DNA of 64,000 nt from Nitrosopumilus sp. (GCA_963662625.1 OY759726.1:1344001-1408000), one strand, 5' to 3'; shown: positions 32,075 through 45,421, counted from the first letter of the stretch. Made by a program: numbers and translations. The notes: a model not told the origin generated them from the sequence alone.

Positions 32075-32821
32075 ATGCCAGACTCGATCGACCTTGCCCC
32101 GGACGAAAAGCTGGTAATAATCCCGGACATCCACAACAAGTACGCCGAGGCCGAGGAGATAATCCGGGAGGAGAATCCCGACAGGGTGGTCTTCCTGGGC
32201 GACTACTTTGACGGCTCGGGCTACACCCTCGCGGACGCCGCAAACACGGCGGGGTGGCTGGCCGGGTCGCTGCGCCAGAAGGACCGCATACACCTGGTCG
32301 GGAACCACGACCTGAACTACATGACGCCCAACCCGGAGCTGAAGTGCAGCGGGTACGATCCGGCCAAGTACGAGGCGATCAGGGGCCACGACATACGGTG
32401 GGACGATCTGAGGCTGTTCTGCTGGGCGGGCGACTGGCTCTGCACCCACGCGGGAATGTCAAACCGGTTTTACGAGCAGCAGAAATCCGGCGAGTCCGAC
32501 TCGGTGCGGGACGTGCTGGAACGGTCAAGGCGCGACCTTGAAAGCATCCACGACCCGGACTCCGGCCACCCGTTCTTACAGGTGGGGGCGATGCGCGGGG
32601 GCGCCTGCACCGTGGGCGGGATAGTGTGGTGCGACTATGGCGAATTCGAGGACATCCCAGGGGTGCGGCAGATCTTCGGCCACACCAGGGACGACGCCGT
32701 GCGGCACAAAAAGGCGGGGGGTTCCGAGCACTATTGCATAGACACGGTGCTGAGGCACTATGCGGTGTACCGGGCAGGCGCGATGGATGTCAGGCCGTCC
32801 CGGCACGCCGCCGCGCGCTAA
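32075..32821 (+). CDS. calcineurin-like metallophosphoesterase
   Basis: DIH, GDYFD, GNHD, THAG and GHT motifs. Confidence 0.88.
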   Translation: MPDSIDLAPDEKLVIIPDIHNKYAEAEEIIREENPDRVVFLGDYFDGSGYTLADAANTAGWLAGSLRQKDRIHLVGNHDLNYMTPNPELKCSGYDPAKYEAIRGHDIRWDDLRLFCWAGDWLCTHAGMSNRFYEQQKSGESDSVRDVLERSRRDLESIHDPDSGHPFLQVGAMRGGACTVGGIVWCDYGEFEDIPGVRQIFGHTRDDAVRHKKAGGSEHYCIDTVLRHYAVYRAGAMDVRPSRHAAAR

Positions 32822-32834
32822 CTCCGGCCGGGAA

Positions 32835-33944
32835 TCACGCGGTAGTGGCCTGGGGCTGTTCTTTCTGGCCAGGCTTGTCCACGACGCGCTTTTCTCCGCC
32901 GGGCTTGTCCACGACGCGCTTTTCTCCGCCGGGCTTGTCCACGACGCGCTTTTCTCCGCCGGGCTTGTCCACGACGCGCTTTTCTCCGCCGGGCTTGTCC
33001 ACGACGCGCTTTTCTCCGCCGGGCTTGTCCACGACGCGCTTTTCTCCGCCGGGCTTGTCCACGACGCGCTTTTCTCCGCCGGGCTTGTCCACGACGCGCT
33101 TTTCTCCGCCGGGCTTGTCCACGACGCGCTTTTCTCCGCCGGGCTTGCCCTTCTTTGATCCCGCCACGAGGTGCTCGTACAGGCTGTATGCCTGCCTCGC
33201 GTCCCGGCTTCCGTGCACTATGGAGCCCACCGCGCGGATCATCGCCACCGGGTGGTCTGACTGCCAGATGTTCCGGCCCATGTCCACCCCGGCCGCGCCC
33301 CCTTGGACGGAGTTGTATGTCAGCTCCAGCGCGTCCTTCTCGGGGATCTTCTTCCCACCAGCTACGATTATCGGGACCGGGCACGACTGCACCACCTTCT
33401 CAAAGCCCTCGCAATAGTACGTCTTCACTACGTGCGCGCCCTGCTCTGCGGCAACGCGGCACGCGAGGGAAAGGTAGCGCGCGTCCTTGCCGAGCTCCTT
33501 CCCCACCGCGGTTACCGCCAGCACGGGCATCCCGTACCGCTCCGCCTCGTTCACGAGCCTCCCCAGGTTCGCCACCGTCTGGTGCTCGTACTTTGAGCCT
33601 ACAAAGATCGACATCGCGACCGCGCTGGCATTTAGCCTTATCGCGTCCTCGACGCTGACGGTGACGTCCTCCCGGGAGAGGTCCCCGCCTATTATGCTCG
33701 GGCCGCCCGAGACCCTCAGGACCATCGGGGTTCCAGTGTTTGCCGGGACGCACGCCCTCTGCACCCCGCGCGTCAGCATCAGGGAGTCGCAGTACTTTAG
33801 CAGCGGCGCCACCACCTTGCCGGGGCTTTCCAGCCTCTCGGTCGGGCCCAGAAAGTACCCGTGGTCGACTGCGAGCATCAGCCCCCGCCTGTCGTGCGGC
33901 TTGATTATCCGCGCCAGCCTGTTCTCCAGTCCCCAGCCCGCCAT
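32835..33944 (-). CDS. lsrF: DhnA/LsrF-type class I aldolase/thiolase with a C-terminal tandem-repeat tail
   Basis: AVDHGYFLGP, GAHVVKTYY, VAGGKK and GVDMGRNIWQ. Confidence 0.85.
   Translation of the reverse strand: MAGWGLENRLARIIKPHDRRGLMLAVDHGYFLGPTERLESPGKVVAPLLKYCDSLMLTRGVQRACVPANTGTPMVLRVSGGPSIIGGDLSREDVTVSVEDAIRLNASAVAMSIFVGSKYEHQTVANLGRLVNEAERYGMPVLAVTAVGKELGKDARYLSLACRVAAEQGAHVVKTYYCEGFEKVVQSCPVPIIVAGGKKIPEKDALELTYNSVQGGAAGVDMGRNIWQSDHPVAMIRAVGSIVHGSRDARQAYSLYEHLVAGSKKGKPGGEKRVVDKPGGEKRVVDKPGGEKRVVDKPGGEKRVVDKPGGEKRVVDKPGGEKRVVDKPGGEKRVVDKPGGEKRVVDKPGGEKRVVDKPGQKEQPQATTA
32872..33147. repeat. perfect 30-bp tandem repeat, 9 copies plus a partial copy
   Basis: (ggcttgtccacgacgcgcttttctccgccg)n, which encodes KPGGEKRVVD on the minus strand. 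Confidence 0.95.
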
Positions 33945-34077
33945 GTTCGATCTTCAAAGAATGGGGCATTTCTTAAGCCTTTCCCACCATGCCAGTCGAG
34001 CGAAACGCGTGCCGGATTGCGGCGGGACGCGTGCCACCGCGCATGCCCAAGGCCCCGCCATCGCGCCCGGCGCGGAT

Positions 34078-35121
34078 TTACGTTTCGCCCGGCTGCCCGG
34101 TGATGACGATCTTCATCGCGTCGCCGCCGACCCTGGCGTGCTCAAACGCCCTCTGGGCCTCCGGGATGGGGTACCTGTGGGTGATCAGCCGCTTCACGCC
34201 TATCCTGCCCGACTCGATGAGGCCCAGGGCCTCCCCGGTGTCGGCGTCAGACGCCGCGTAGCTCGTCCGGATCGTGACCTCCTTGGAGTACACCCTGTTC
34301 ATGTCGAGGTTGATCGTCGCGCCCTTCGACGGGACGCCGAACATCATCACCGAGCCGCCCTTCCGCACCATCCCTATCGCGTCGTCAAGCGCCCGGAGGC
34401 TGCTCGTCGCGACCACGGCCAAGTCCACCCCGAGGCCGCCCGTGGCGTCGGAGACCCTCCCGAACCTGTCCGCGTCGGCTGCGTTCATCGCCCCCGTGAC
34501 CCCGAACCGCCTTGCAAAGTCCAGCCTGAAGTCGTTCACGTCGAGGCAGAACACCTTGGAGAACCGCCTCGCCTGGGCTAGCAGGACGTGCATCATGCCC
34601 GTGGGGCCCGCGCCAAATATGGCCACGGTGCCGCCCTCCCGCGCGCCGCACCTTCCCCACGCCCTGACGCAGCATGCGAGCGGCTCCACCATGGCTGCCT
34701 CCTCGAAGGTGGTGGAGTCGGACAGCTTGAGCACGCCGCCGTGGGCCACGTTCCATTTGGGGACCACGTACCGCTCCGAGAGCCCGCACGGCTGCAGGTT
34801 CGTCTCGTAGTACCTGGGGCACATCGTCTCGCTGCCGTGCCTGCACAGGTGGCACGAGTAGCACGGGACGTGGTGGTGGGTGAACACCCTGTCCCCCTCC
34901 CGGAACTCCGTGACGCCCGGCCCGGCCCCGACGACCGTCCCAGCGGGCTCGTGCCCCAGCCTCATGGACGGGCTGCCGTACTCCCCGAACACCTTCTCGA
35001 GGTCCGATCCGCATATCCCGCAGGCCTGCATCTGCACCAGTATCTCGCCAGGGCCGGGTTCCGGGTCCGGCCCGTCGTCGACTGAAATCACGGAAGGCGC
35101 CTTCACCGTTGCCGTCTTCAC
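34078..35121 (-). CDS. Zn-dependent (MDR) alcohol/sugar-alcohol dehydrogenase
   Basis: CGICGSD, GHE, CxxCxxC and GAGPTG. GTG start inferred. Confidence 0.9.
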   Translation of the reverse strand: MKTATVKAPSVISVDDGPDPEPGPGEILVQMQACGICGSDLEKVFGEYGSPSMRLGHEPAGTVVGAGPGVTEFREGDRVFTHHHVPCYSCHLCRHGSETMCPRYYETNLQPCGLSERYVVPKWNVAHGGVLKLSDSTTFEEAAMVEPLACCVRAWGRCGAREGGTVAIFGAGPTGMMHVLLAQARRFSKVFCLDVNDFRLDFARRFGVTGAMNAADADRFGRVSDATGGLGVDLAVVATSSLRALDDAIGMVRKGGSVMMFGVPSKGATINLDMNRVYSKEVTIRTSYAASDADTGEALGLIESGRIGVKRLITHRYPIPEAQRAFEHARVGGDAMKIVITGQPGET

Positions 35122-35177
35122 GACGTAGGGGCGGCGCGGCAACTATTAGGTGTTGCCAAGGGCGTCGCCGCGGCGGG

Positions 35178-35471
35178 CTACACGCCGAGGATCTTCTTGA
35201 GCATGACCCTGTAGTCGACGTCGGTCTTCTCGCTCCCTGCCGCGGGCAGCTCGAACACCAGGGTGGAACTTGCCGCCCGGAGCTTCGTGAGCTCGTCGCC
35301 GATCGACCCGGTGAGGTCGTCGCTTGCAAGGATCAGGCCTATCCCGGAGTCCTCCGCAAGGCGCCTTATCTCCTCTAGGGCCTTCTCCGGGGTGTCGGTG
35401 ATCACGCCCGGGACGCCAGCCAGCTGGAAGCTGGCCACGAAGGACTTGCTGCCCACCGTAAATATCTTCAC
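35178..35471 (-). CDS. atpF: A/V-type ATP synthase subunit F
   Basis: KIFTVGSKSFVASFQLAGV...LKKILGV, typical of archaeal subunit F. Confidence 0.85.
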   Translation of the reverse strand: MKIFTVGSKSFVASFQLAGVPGVITDTPEKALEEIRRLAEDSGIGLILASDDLTGSIGDELTKLRAASSTLVFELPAAGSEKTDVDYRVMLKKILGV

Positions 35472-35525
35472 AACGGTGGATCCGCCGCATGTCAATTTAA
35501 CCTTTTTTGGCAGGGGCCGCGGGCC

Positions 35526-36771
35526 CAGTTAAGCGAAATGTACCCGATCCTGCCCCCTCATGGCGGGGGCTTGGGCTCCAGTATCCGGGCCGACTCCAAC
35601 TGGTAGGCGAACGCCCGCTGGGTCATCACGCCGTTCCTGCAACCCCTTCCAGAAAGGACGGCCCGCACCACCACCCACTCGTTGTACGCCAGCAGCGAGT
35701 AGTAGAAGCACAGCATGCGGGCCCCCTCGTCGGCGACCCTGGTCTTGGCCCTCATGGACTCTATAACCCTGTACGACGTCTCGATGCCCCACCTGCGCGG
35801 GTACCCCCTTGCGCTGGCTGCGGGGCGGTTGGTCGCAAACCCGATGTACCGCTCCTCGGGGACGGAGGGATCGTCGCACTTCTTCCTCTCCTCGATCTTG
35901 ATGTGGTACCCCGCGGAGTTCCGCCCCTCGATCGTCACCGGGGACACGCCGGGCCTGGCGTTGCGCGCGAACTCCCGCAGCGCGGCCACCACGTTGCCGG
36001 TGTTCCTGCACGGCATGAGGTACCCGACGCGGGCCCTGTCCAGCGCCCTGATCGTCTCCACCGTGAAGAACTCCCTGTCCAGCAGGACGAGGCCGGGCCC
36101 GATTCCGGCGTCCCGTACCGACCGCAGCGCCTTTTCGACGAAACCAGGCACGGAATCGAACATGTTCACGCGGTACGCGCCCAAAACCAGCGGGTACCTG
36201 CCCCCGACGCACTGGACCGTGATGTACCTCTCGAACAGCTTGGTCCCGTTCTTGCTCCTGGAGCGGGTCAGCCCGGGCCCCGGCGCGGAATCGTAGCGCG
36301 GTATCAGGTGCATGTCGATGGCGATGGAGGGCTTGCGGGGCAGCCTTCCGGCCTTTTTGAGCGCGGCCGCCTGCCTCCCCACGGCGCCGCCGAGGGCATC
36401 CTGGATCCCGGCGCCGCCTGCCCCCCTGAGCGCCGAGGCGAACCACCTGTCCGAGGGGGCCGCCCTGCCGTGCACGGCCTTGGCCGCGTTGGCGCACCCC
36501 CCGACCGACGAGTCCCGGAGCGCGGCCCCAAGCATGCCCCGGTTGAGGGCGTCCACTCCGAACACGGCGTTGCGGCCCGCTGGCCGCATGAGCGGGGCCA
36601 GGAACCCGCGCATGCCGGAGACGACACCCTGATATAGGCGGGGGTCGTTCACCATGTCGCGGCCCTGGCGGGTCTTGTTTCGAGACAATTCAAGTCTTGT
36701 CGGGGCCCATCCCCTGTTGATCTGTTTGGAATTGCGAGAGTTGACTATTTGGTCTACTTTTCGCTTAACTG
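35526..36771 (-). mobile_element. intact ISH3-like (IS4 superfamily) insertion sequence, 1246 bp
   Basis: IRs CAGTTAAGCGAAA at both ends; 5-bp target duplication GGGCC (35521-35525 and 36772-36776). Confidence 0.9.
35558..36688 (-). CDS. DDE transposase (ISH3/IS4-like)
   Basis: IAIDMH, LLDREFF and YPRRWGIETSYR (YREK-type motif). Confidence 0.88.
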   Translation of the reverse strand: MSRNKTRQGRDMVNDPRLYQGVVSGMRGFLAPLMRPAGRNAVFGVDALNRGMLGAALRDSSVGGCANAAKAVHGRAAPSDRWFASALRGAGGAGIQDALGGAVGRQAAALKKAGRLPRKPSIAIDMHLIPRYDSAPGPGLTRSRSKNGTKLFERYITVQCVGGRYPLVLGAYRVNMFDSVPGFVEKALRSVRDAGIGPGLVLLDREFFTVETIRALDRARVGYLMPCRNTGNVVAALREFARNARPGVSPVTIEGRNSAGYHIKIEERKKCDDPSVPEERYIGFATNRPAASARGYPRRWGIETSYRVIESMRAKTRVADEGARMLCFYYSLLAYNEWVVVRAVLSGRGCRNGVMTQRAFAYQLESARILEPKPPP

Positions 36772-36814
36772 GGGCCCGGGAAAGGTTGATTTAGCGCGGC
36801 ATGCAACGGGAACC

Positions 36815-37114
36815 ATGGTTGAAATCGACGCCTCTAGGGACGTCTACCTGTTCACCCACGGGAGGGCCGACCTGAAAGACAGGTCAGAGGCCGCCCTGAT
36901 CGCTAACGGCTTTGCGAGGGAGAGGATAGTGATGGCGGTGCCCGACAAGGTGGGATCGGTCGGCGACTACATGGCGATGCTCTGGATGCCGCCAAACCCC
37001 GACCACATAAGGATCCAGCGGATCACCAAGGTGGACGAGGTGGAGCCGGAGGGGATGATCGGCCTGTGGAAGGGCGTGTCAAAGGACGACGTCGACTCGA
37101 TAAAGCTGGACTAG
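36815..37114 (+). CDS. conserved hypothetical protein
   Basis: MVEIDASRDVYLFTHGR..., 99 aa. Confidence 0.7.
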   Translation: MVEIDASRDVYLFTHGRADLKDRSEAALIANGFARERIVMAVPDKVGSVGDYMAMLWMPPNPDHIRIQRITKVDEVEPEGMIGLWKGVSKDDVDSIKLD

Positions 37115-37365
37115 CTAAAGCCGGCCCCGAACTTGCTCCCTTTCTGCAGCGGATCGGCAGACGTGTCTGCCTTTTTGAGCTTCCTGTACAGCAGCGTCTC
37201 GTAGACCAGCTGCATGGCGTCCTTCTCGCCCAGTGAACAGTCGGACATGACCTCGTCCCTGTACTTTCGCAGCCTGGACGCGTCCTGCTCGTCGGGGGAC
37301 ACGCCGTCGTGCACCATCATGTTTGCGATGTGCTCGATCTCCCTGTTGCGCCGCCCGTCGTCCAC
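37111..37365 (-). CDS. hypothetical protein
   Basis: Natural-looking C-terminal 84 aa of a long shadow ORF (IEHIANMMVHDG...FGAGFS). Confidence 0.65.
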   Translation of the reverse strand: MDDGRRNREIEHIANMMVHDGVSPDEQDASRLRKYRDEVMSDCSLGEKDAMQLVYETLLYRKLKKADTSADPLQKGSKFGAGFS

Positions 37366-37415
37366 GGCTGTGGTTGCGCCGCCCCGGTTATAACATGTTC
37401 GAAAGCCGGCCGGCC

Positions 37416-37766
37416 CTACAGGTCGGATATCAGCCCTGCCACAAAGTCCCCGAACTCGGAGTCGTCGAAGCTCACCCTCTCGACCCGCCCCAGCCTCCTG
37501 GCAAGCAGCGCCGAGTCCAGGTGGTAGCACGACTTCCTGCCTTCGGGGATCCCGAAGTAGAAGCCCCGGCACGAGCAGTAGCGGCCGTCTGGGTCGATCC
37601 AGTGCTCCTTGCTCCTCCCGACCACCGTCCACACGGCCCTCCCGCTGGGCCCGAAGTGGTGCATCTTCACCCTGCTCTCCGACACCGCCGACTCCGCCCT
37701 GTCCTCCTGCGCCGTCGGCCCCCCGGCTTCCCGCGCCGCCTGCACTGCCCCGCCCGGATCGCTCAC
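37416..37766 (-). CDS. SWIM zinc-finger protein
   Basis: YCSC...CYHL motif. Confidence 0.8.
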   Translation of the reverse strand: MSDPGGAVQAAREAGGPTAQEDRAESAVSESRVKMHHFGPSGRAVWTVVGRSKEHWIDPDGRYCSCRGFYFGIPEGRKSCYHLDSALLARRLGRVERVSFDDSEFGDFVAGLISDL

Positions 37767-37797
37767 AAGGGTTTAATCCAAAGGCCGCGGTATATCT

Positions 37798-38543
37798 TTG
37801 TTGCAGGCAAGAATCGTCCCCTCGAGGCCCGCGATGGTGCTGGAGGGCAGGAAGAAGAGCCTGGTGGTGGCAGACATCCACATAGGCTTCGAGAGCGGCC
37901 TCGCGGCGGGCGGGATCACCGTCGGGAAGGGCTCCACGGTCGGCCAGGCGGTCTCGGAGCTCTCCGAGATGATACGCGAGGAGAGGCCCGACAGCGTGGT
38001 GCTGCTCGGGGACGTCAAGTCCAGCATCAGGGGCATCGCGAGGCAGGAGTGGGACGACGTGCCGTACTTCCTTGGGAGGATCCGGGAGCAGTGCGACGTG
38101 GTGCTGGTCCCCGGAAACCACGACGCGGGCATCCAGAGGCTGGCACCGGACGGGGTGTCGCTCACCGGCCCGGCGGGGGTGGTGGAGGAGGGCGCGCTGC
38201 TGACGCACGGCCACGCGATGCCGTCCGGAAACTTTTCGCACGTGGACAGGATAATAATGGGCCACGTCCACCCGGTGTTCTTCGAGGACGGCTCCGTGCT
38301 CAACGGGCAGCGCGTCTGGGTCTCGCTGAGGGCCGCGAGGCAGGACATATTCCCGGACCGGTCCGGCGAGCTCGAGGTGACCATAGTGCCGTCGTTTAAC
38401 AGGTATTTTTACGCGGCGCACAAGGGCAGGCGAAGGCGGTCGACGTCCCCGATAATCGAGCGGATCAGGGACGTGGCCTCTGCCAGGATCGTGACGCTTG
38501 ACGGGGACATCATAGGGGACGAGTCCGACCTGGGCCGGGTCCT

Positions 38544-38547
<4 letters not shown>
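37798..38547 (+). CDS. metallophosphoesterase
   Basis: ADIHIG, LLGD, GNHD, HGH, GHVHP and PSFN motifs. Confidence 0.88.
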
Positions 38548-41793
<3,246 letters not shown>

Positions 41794-41807
<14 letters not shown>

Positions 41808-42966
41808 ATTCAGGTTCCTCCATCATTTTCCTGAGGTCGTCAAAGACGAACTTGCAGTCGTATGGGCCCGGAGACGCCTCCGGGTGGAACTGCACCGCGA
41901 TGCAGTTCCGCGTCTTGTGCCTTATCCCCTCGACCGTCTTGTCGTCTGCGTTCGTAAACCATAAGTCGAATTCCGAGTCGCCAAGCGACTCCGGGGTGAT
42001 CCCGTAGCCGTGGTTCTGGCTGGTGACGTACACCTGGCCGTCCTCCGAGTTGACGCAGGGCTTGTTCTGCCCGCGGTGCCCGTACTTTAGCTTGTACGTC
42101 TGCATGTCCCCGGCTATGCCGATTATCTGGGCCCCGAGGCAGATGCCCAGGGTCGGGACGTCCTCCTCGATCAGGCGCCTCGCAGTCCGTATGGTCTCGG
42201 CGCACTTTTGCGGATCCCCCGGGCCGTTGCTGATCACCACCCCCTTCGGGCCGTGCGACATCACCTCGTCAAACGGCGTGTCCCACGGGAGCTTGACCAC
42301 CCTGTACCCCATGTCCCGTATGTTGCGCAGTATCGCGTTCTTGGCCCCCGTGTCGATCACCACCACCGGCTCCCCGCCGGTGCCGTATGACTGTTCCTGT
42401 CTGGTGGACACGGCGTCCATGAACTGCTCGGAGTCGTAGTGGGGCGCCTCCCGGAGCCGGCCGGCCACCTCGCCGGCGTCGATCTCAGAGTCGGACACGG
42501 CGAGCGCCGCCATCATCACGCCGCCCGTGCGGAGCTTCTTGGTGAGCTCCCGGGTGTCGATCCCCGATATCCCCGGGACGCGCTCGGCGTGGAGCCACTC
42601 GTCGAGCGTCATGGCCAGGTTCCAGTGGCTCGCCGTAAGGGACAGCTCGTGCACCACCATCCCCCTGGCGTGGATCCTGTCGGACTCGAAGAACTCCGGG
42701 ATCCCGTCCGGATCGGCGGCCGCGGGATCCGGCACCCCGTAGTTTCCCACCAGCGGGTACGTCATGGTGAGTATCTGGCCGCTGTACGAGGGATCGGTCA
42801 GCGTCTCCGTGTAGCCCACCATCCCGGTGTTGAAGACGATCTCCCCGAAGACGGTGGTGGGATAGCCGAAGCCCATCCCGTCCAGGACGGTGCCGTCGTC
42901 GAGGATCAGCTTCCCGAACTTGTTTGCTTGAGTTGATTTCCTGGTAGTTATCGTTACCCTCGACAA
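41794..42966 (-). CDS. carA: carbamoyl-phosphate synthase small subunit
   Basis: FNTGMVGY, SNGPGDP, GICLG, HRGQN and QFHPEASPGP. Confidence 0.95.
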
Positions 42967-43034
42967 GTTCGAGTGCTTATGGATTTAAGTTTTTGGAAAG
43001 GCGCCGTATCCCCCGCGGGCAGGATCGCCCCGGG

Positions 43035-44228
43035 CTAGAGGGCGCGGAACTCCTCGCTCCACTTGTGGTACGCGCGGATCATCTCGGTCGAGACGCTGGG
43101 CTTCCTCCTGGCCATGGTCTCCTTAAAGTCCGCGGTGGTGATCTCCCTCGGCTTCTGGGCCTCCTGGCCCTCCACCGGCTCCTGGTAGTCCTTGGAGTTG
43201 AACAGCTCGTGGACGGTCTTGAGGTGCGTCGCCTGGCACACGTCCCTGATGTCGCTTGCGCTGTACCCGTCAAAGATCCTCGCCAGGTCTTCCGTCTTGA
43301 CCCTGCCGTTGACGGCCAGGTCGGCGGTGTACTGCTGGAACAGGCTCTGCCTCGCCTCGAGCGTTGGCAGGGAGACGTAGATCCTCTTCTGGAACCTCCT
43401 GAGGAACGGCCAGTCCAGGCTCCACGGCTTGTTGGTGGCGCCGATCACGTACATCATCAGGTCCTTTCCCTTGCTGTTCACCCCGTCCATCTCCGTGAGG
43501 AACTGGTTCTTGGTCCTGACCTCGCCGCCCACCTCGCTGTTCCTGGAGCCCAGGAGCGAGTCGACCTCGTCCACGAAGAGGATCACCGGCTTTCCCTCCT
43601 TCTCCGCGTAGCGGCGGGCCATCCTGAACAGCTTCGAGACGTTCTTCTCTGCCTCGCCGAGCCACTTGCTCATCATCGACGACGCGTCCACGTTGATAAA
43701 GTAGCCGTCCATCTCGCTTGCGGTCGCCGCCGCCAGCATCGTCTTTCCGGTGCCCGGGGGGCCGTAGAGCAGCATGCCCTTTGGCCACCCGAGCGGGAAG
43801 AGGTCTGGCCTCTTGGTGGGGTACACTATGGACTCGCGCAGGGCGTTCTTCGCGTCCTCCAGCCCTATCACCTCGCTCCAGCTGACGTTGGGCTTTTCCT
43901 TCATCACGAGCTCCTCGAAGTCGTTCTCGTCCTCCTGCCTCTGGACGGATTTTTTCTGCTCTTCGGGGGACGCCTTCGGGTCCACCGCGGGCTCCACCCC
44001 GTGGGACTCCTGGAGCGCCTTTATCCTGTTGTGGTAGGAGGCGCACCTGTCCTTGTATATGGGGTTCAGCTTGCTGTTGGGGTACAGCTGCATCAGCTTC
44101 ACGAGCGCGTCTATGGCGTGCTGGTAGTTGGTGATCGCCATGCCGCGAGCTCCCTGCGAATCGAACTTGATCGCCTCTGACGCGTACTTGCTCGCGGTGT
44201 TTTCCAGTTCCTGCGGTGCCAAACTCAT
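43035..44228 (-). CDS. cdvC: Vps4/CdvC AAA+ ATPase with MIT domain
   Basis: MIT-like N-terminus, YGPPGTGKT, FVDEVD, ATNKPW and RRFQKRIY. Confidence 0.9.
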   Translation of the reverse strand: MSLAPQELENTASKYASEAIKFDSQGARGMAITNYQHAIDALVKLMQLYPNSKLNPIYKDRCASYHNRIKALQESHGVEPAVDPKASPEEQKKSVQRQEDENDFEELVMKEKPNVSWSEVIGLEDAKNALRESIVYPTKRPDLFPLGWPKGMLLYGPPGTGKTMLAAATASEMDGYFINVDASSMMSKWLGEAEKNVSKLFRMARRYAEKEGKPVILFVDEVDSLLGSRNSEVGGEVRTKNQFLTEMDGVNSKGKDLMMYVIGATNKPWSLDWPFLRRFQKRIYVSLPTLEARQSLFQQYTADLAVNGRVKTEDLARIFDGYSASDIRDVCQATHLKTVHELFNSKDYQEPVEGQEAQKPREITTADFKETMARRKPSVSTEMIRAYHKWSEEFRAL

Positions 44229-44299
44229 CCAAACCACCCTTGCCTTGTCTTTCCGATTCGGTTGGTATTCTAATGGGTTAATCTCTGTCGCGGTGTTGG

Positions 44300-44722
44300 T
44301 TAAATTATTTGCACAAGTCCGGCCCCGCCGCGCTCCTGCGCGGGGCCCTTCCCTAGGTCCGACCTGTCCGAGATGCCCGCGTGCAGCTCCCTCACCCTGC
44401 TTATGGAGTCCTCGGCGGCGGCCAGCATCTCCGCAATCTCGTCGTCGACCTCGCCTATCGACTCGCAGGCGTCGCCTATGATGCGGACGAAGCTCCCCAG
44501 CATCTCCTTGGTCTCCTTCCTGTCCTCGTACTTGCACAGCAGGAAGTCCGCGAGGGCGACCACCCTGCCCATGTCCTCCAGCTCCTCGTGGGACAGCCCG
44601 TCTATCTTGCCCAGCTGGATGCCCTCCCTTGAGGCCCTCCTGTCGATCTTCTCAGAGACGCTCCTGACCAGCCCCATCTCCCTTGCAAAACCACCACCGC
44701 GCAAGACGTTCAAGCGGTTCAC
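44300..44722 (-). CDS. helical hypothetical protein in the cdv cluster
   Basis: Acidic helical 140-aa ORF between the ESCRT-III-like gene and cdvC. Confidence 0.65.
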   Translation of the reverse strand: MNRLNVLRGGGFAREMGLVRSVSEKIDRRASREGIQLGKIDGLSHEELEDMGRVVALADFLLCKYEDRKETKEMLGSFVRIIGDACESIGEVDDEIAEMLAAAEDSISRVRELHAGISDRSDLGKGPAQERGGAGLVQII

Positions 44723-45264
44723 CCTTTAAGAAACCCAAGATTACGGTACTGCTTATTTATTTTAGAGTCGGTCATCAATTTTACTTCATCAAGGAAGAGC
44801 GCCGACTCTGAGTTTGAGCGCCCAAAGTCGAACTTCGCGGTGGCTATGATCGCCGAGTCGAGCAGGATGCTTCCCAGGTGGACCGACAGCTCGGACAGCA
44901 TGCGGCTGCAGGCAGGCACCACGTCGTACAGCTGCGCGCTGGCCGTCCTGACCGCGGGGATCGCCGGCGCCAGGATCCCCGGGATGCTCGACACCCCCGA
45001 GATGGATCCCACCCTCCTCCTGATCTGCAGGAGCACCTCCAGCGAGAACGCCACCGCCCTCTCCCTGTCGATCGCCCCCGGCAGCGAGGGGTCGTCGTCA
45101 CCCGACGCCCTTATCAGGCCGCGCGTCGACGCCACGAGCCCCCTCCTCTGCGATCGCAGGTCCTCTATTATCTCGGAGAGCAGCCCCGCCGAGTACTCCA
45201 GGCGGGGGACTATCGTGACTGCGTGGGAGACTCCCCCTCCGACGCCGCCGCATCCTGCAACCAT
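44719..45264 (-). CDS. divergent ESCRT-III/Snf7-like (CdvB paralogue) protein
   Basis: SLEVLLQIRRRV...LAPAIPAVR...VPACSRMLSELSVHLG resembles the CdvB core; lies two genes upstream of Vps4. Confidence 0.6.
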   Translation of the reverse strand: MVAGCGGVGGGVSHAVTIVPRLEYSAGLLSEIIEDLRSQRRGLVASTRGLIRASGDDDPSLPGAIDRERAVAFSLEVLLQIRRRVGSISGVSSIPGILAPAIPAVRTASAQLYDVVPACSRMLSELSVHLGSILLDSAIIATAKFDFGRSNSESALFLDEVKLMTDSKINKQYRNLGFLKG

Positions 45265-45421
45265 GACCGGTGATCCGGAGAGTCAGTATTTGAGTGCCCT
45301 GTAACGAATTTCGCTGTCACCGCAGTTACAGCACGCCGCAGTTACAGTTTTGATTTTTTTTGAGCAGTTATGTAAAGGATTTTGGCTCTCAATTTTACCT
45401 AATGCGGCATGAAGTAAACCC

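Noticed and set aside
32872-33147. 30-bp repeats as a CRISPR array
   Set aside because: The units are contiguous with no spacers, lie in frame within a CDS, and no cas genes are present.
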